In this document: piece by piece, positions 63,801 to 64,000 of the stretch
How the letters are laid out: every line of letters begins with the position of its first letter
Numbering within the stretch: the first letter of the stretch is position 1
NCBI RefSeq assembly: GCF_001194135.2
Contig: NC_068981.1
Span: 54,896,801-54,960,800, forward strand
Length of the DNA stretch: 64,000 nucleotides
Direction of reading: 5' to 3'
Source: Octopus bimaculoides
Taxonomy: Eukaryota
Program-made: the position numbers and the translations under genes
The notes under the pieces: model-generated
Database searches by the model: none
Seen by the model: the letters and a program-made list of their open reading frames with translations, nothing else
What the model was told of the DNA's origin: nothing

Positions 63801-64000
63801 CTTCCCTCGCCACCGCATGACAACTAGAGTTGATTATTTTGTGTCCTTGCGGCTTTGCAGTTCAGCAAATGATATCGATAAGACAAGAGTTAAATAAATT
63901 AAGTACTGCAGTTGATTTGTTCAACTAAAACCTTTTAGATGGTGCCCAAGCATGGCCGCAACTCAATGACTGAAACAAGATGAAAAAGATAAAAGATAAA
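63612..64000 (+). mobile_element. SINE family B (diverged, complete)
   Basis: GGTGTGTGGTTAAG head, GGTTCAGTCCC, CCTTGTGAGTGAATTTGATAGACG, internal (TG)n, tail GCATGGCCGCA...TGACTGAAACAAG(ATAAAAG)n. Confidence 0.88.

Overview
AT-rich, repeat-saturated eukaryotic DNA from a short-read draft assembly: 11 N-gaps, nearly all abutting (TA)n/(CA)n/(GA)n tracts. The SINE families and microsatellite density are most consistent with an octopus or other coleoid cephalopod (inference from recalled repeat families, not a database search). I find no intact protein-coding gene, rRNA, CRISPR array or prokaryotic feature. Most ORF-track entries are microsatellite, N-gap or antisense-TE artefacts. The window is a TE graveyard. 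It holds 4 mariner remnants, a near-complete Tc1 (DD34E) with TIRs, a Helitron helicase remnant with its hairpin-CTAG end, a solo LTR with a 4-bp TSD, MITEs, several R4/Dong-like, RTE-like and Penelope-like retroelement fragments, and about 30 tRNA-derived SINE copies from about 5 families (labelled A-E here, my own labels). The most interesting signals are hammerhead-ribozyme-like motifs. One is a 153-bp hairpin carrying a hammerhead core on each strand (27.7 kb). The other is a 312-bp-period tandem pair of hammerhead cores, the second sitting in the loop of an 80-bp hairpin (57.4-57.9 kb). Decayed cores also lie near the Penelope remnants. Other points: three local inverted duplications, and a speculative in-frame chain of minus-strand exons. 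Coordinates of decayed elements are approximate, and ribozyme calls are pattern-based and untested.
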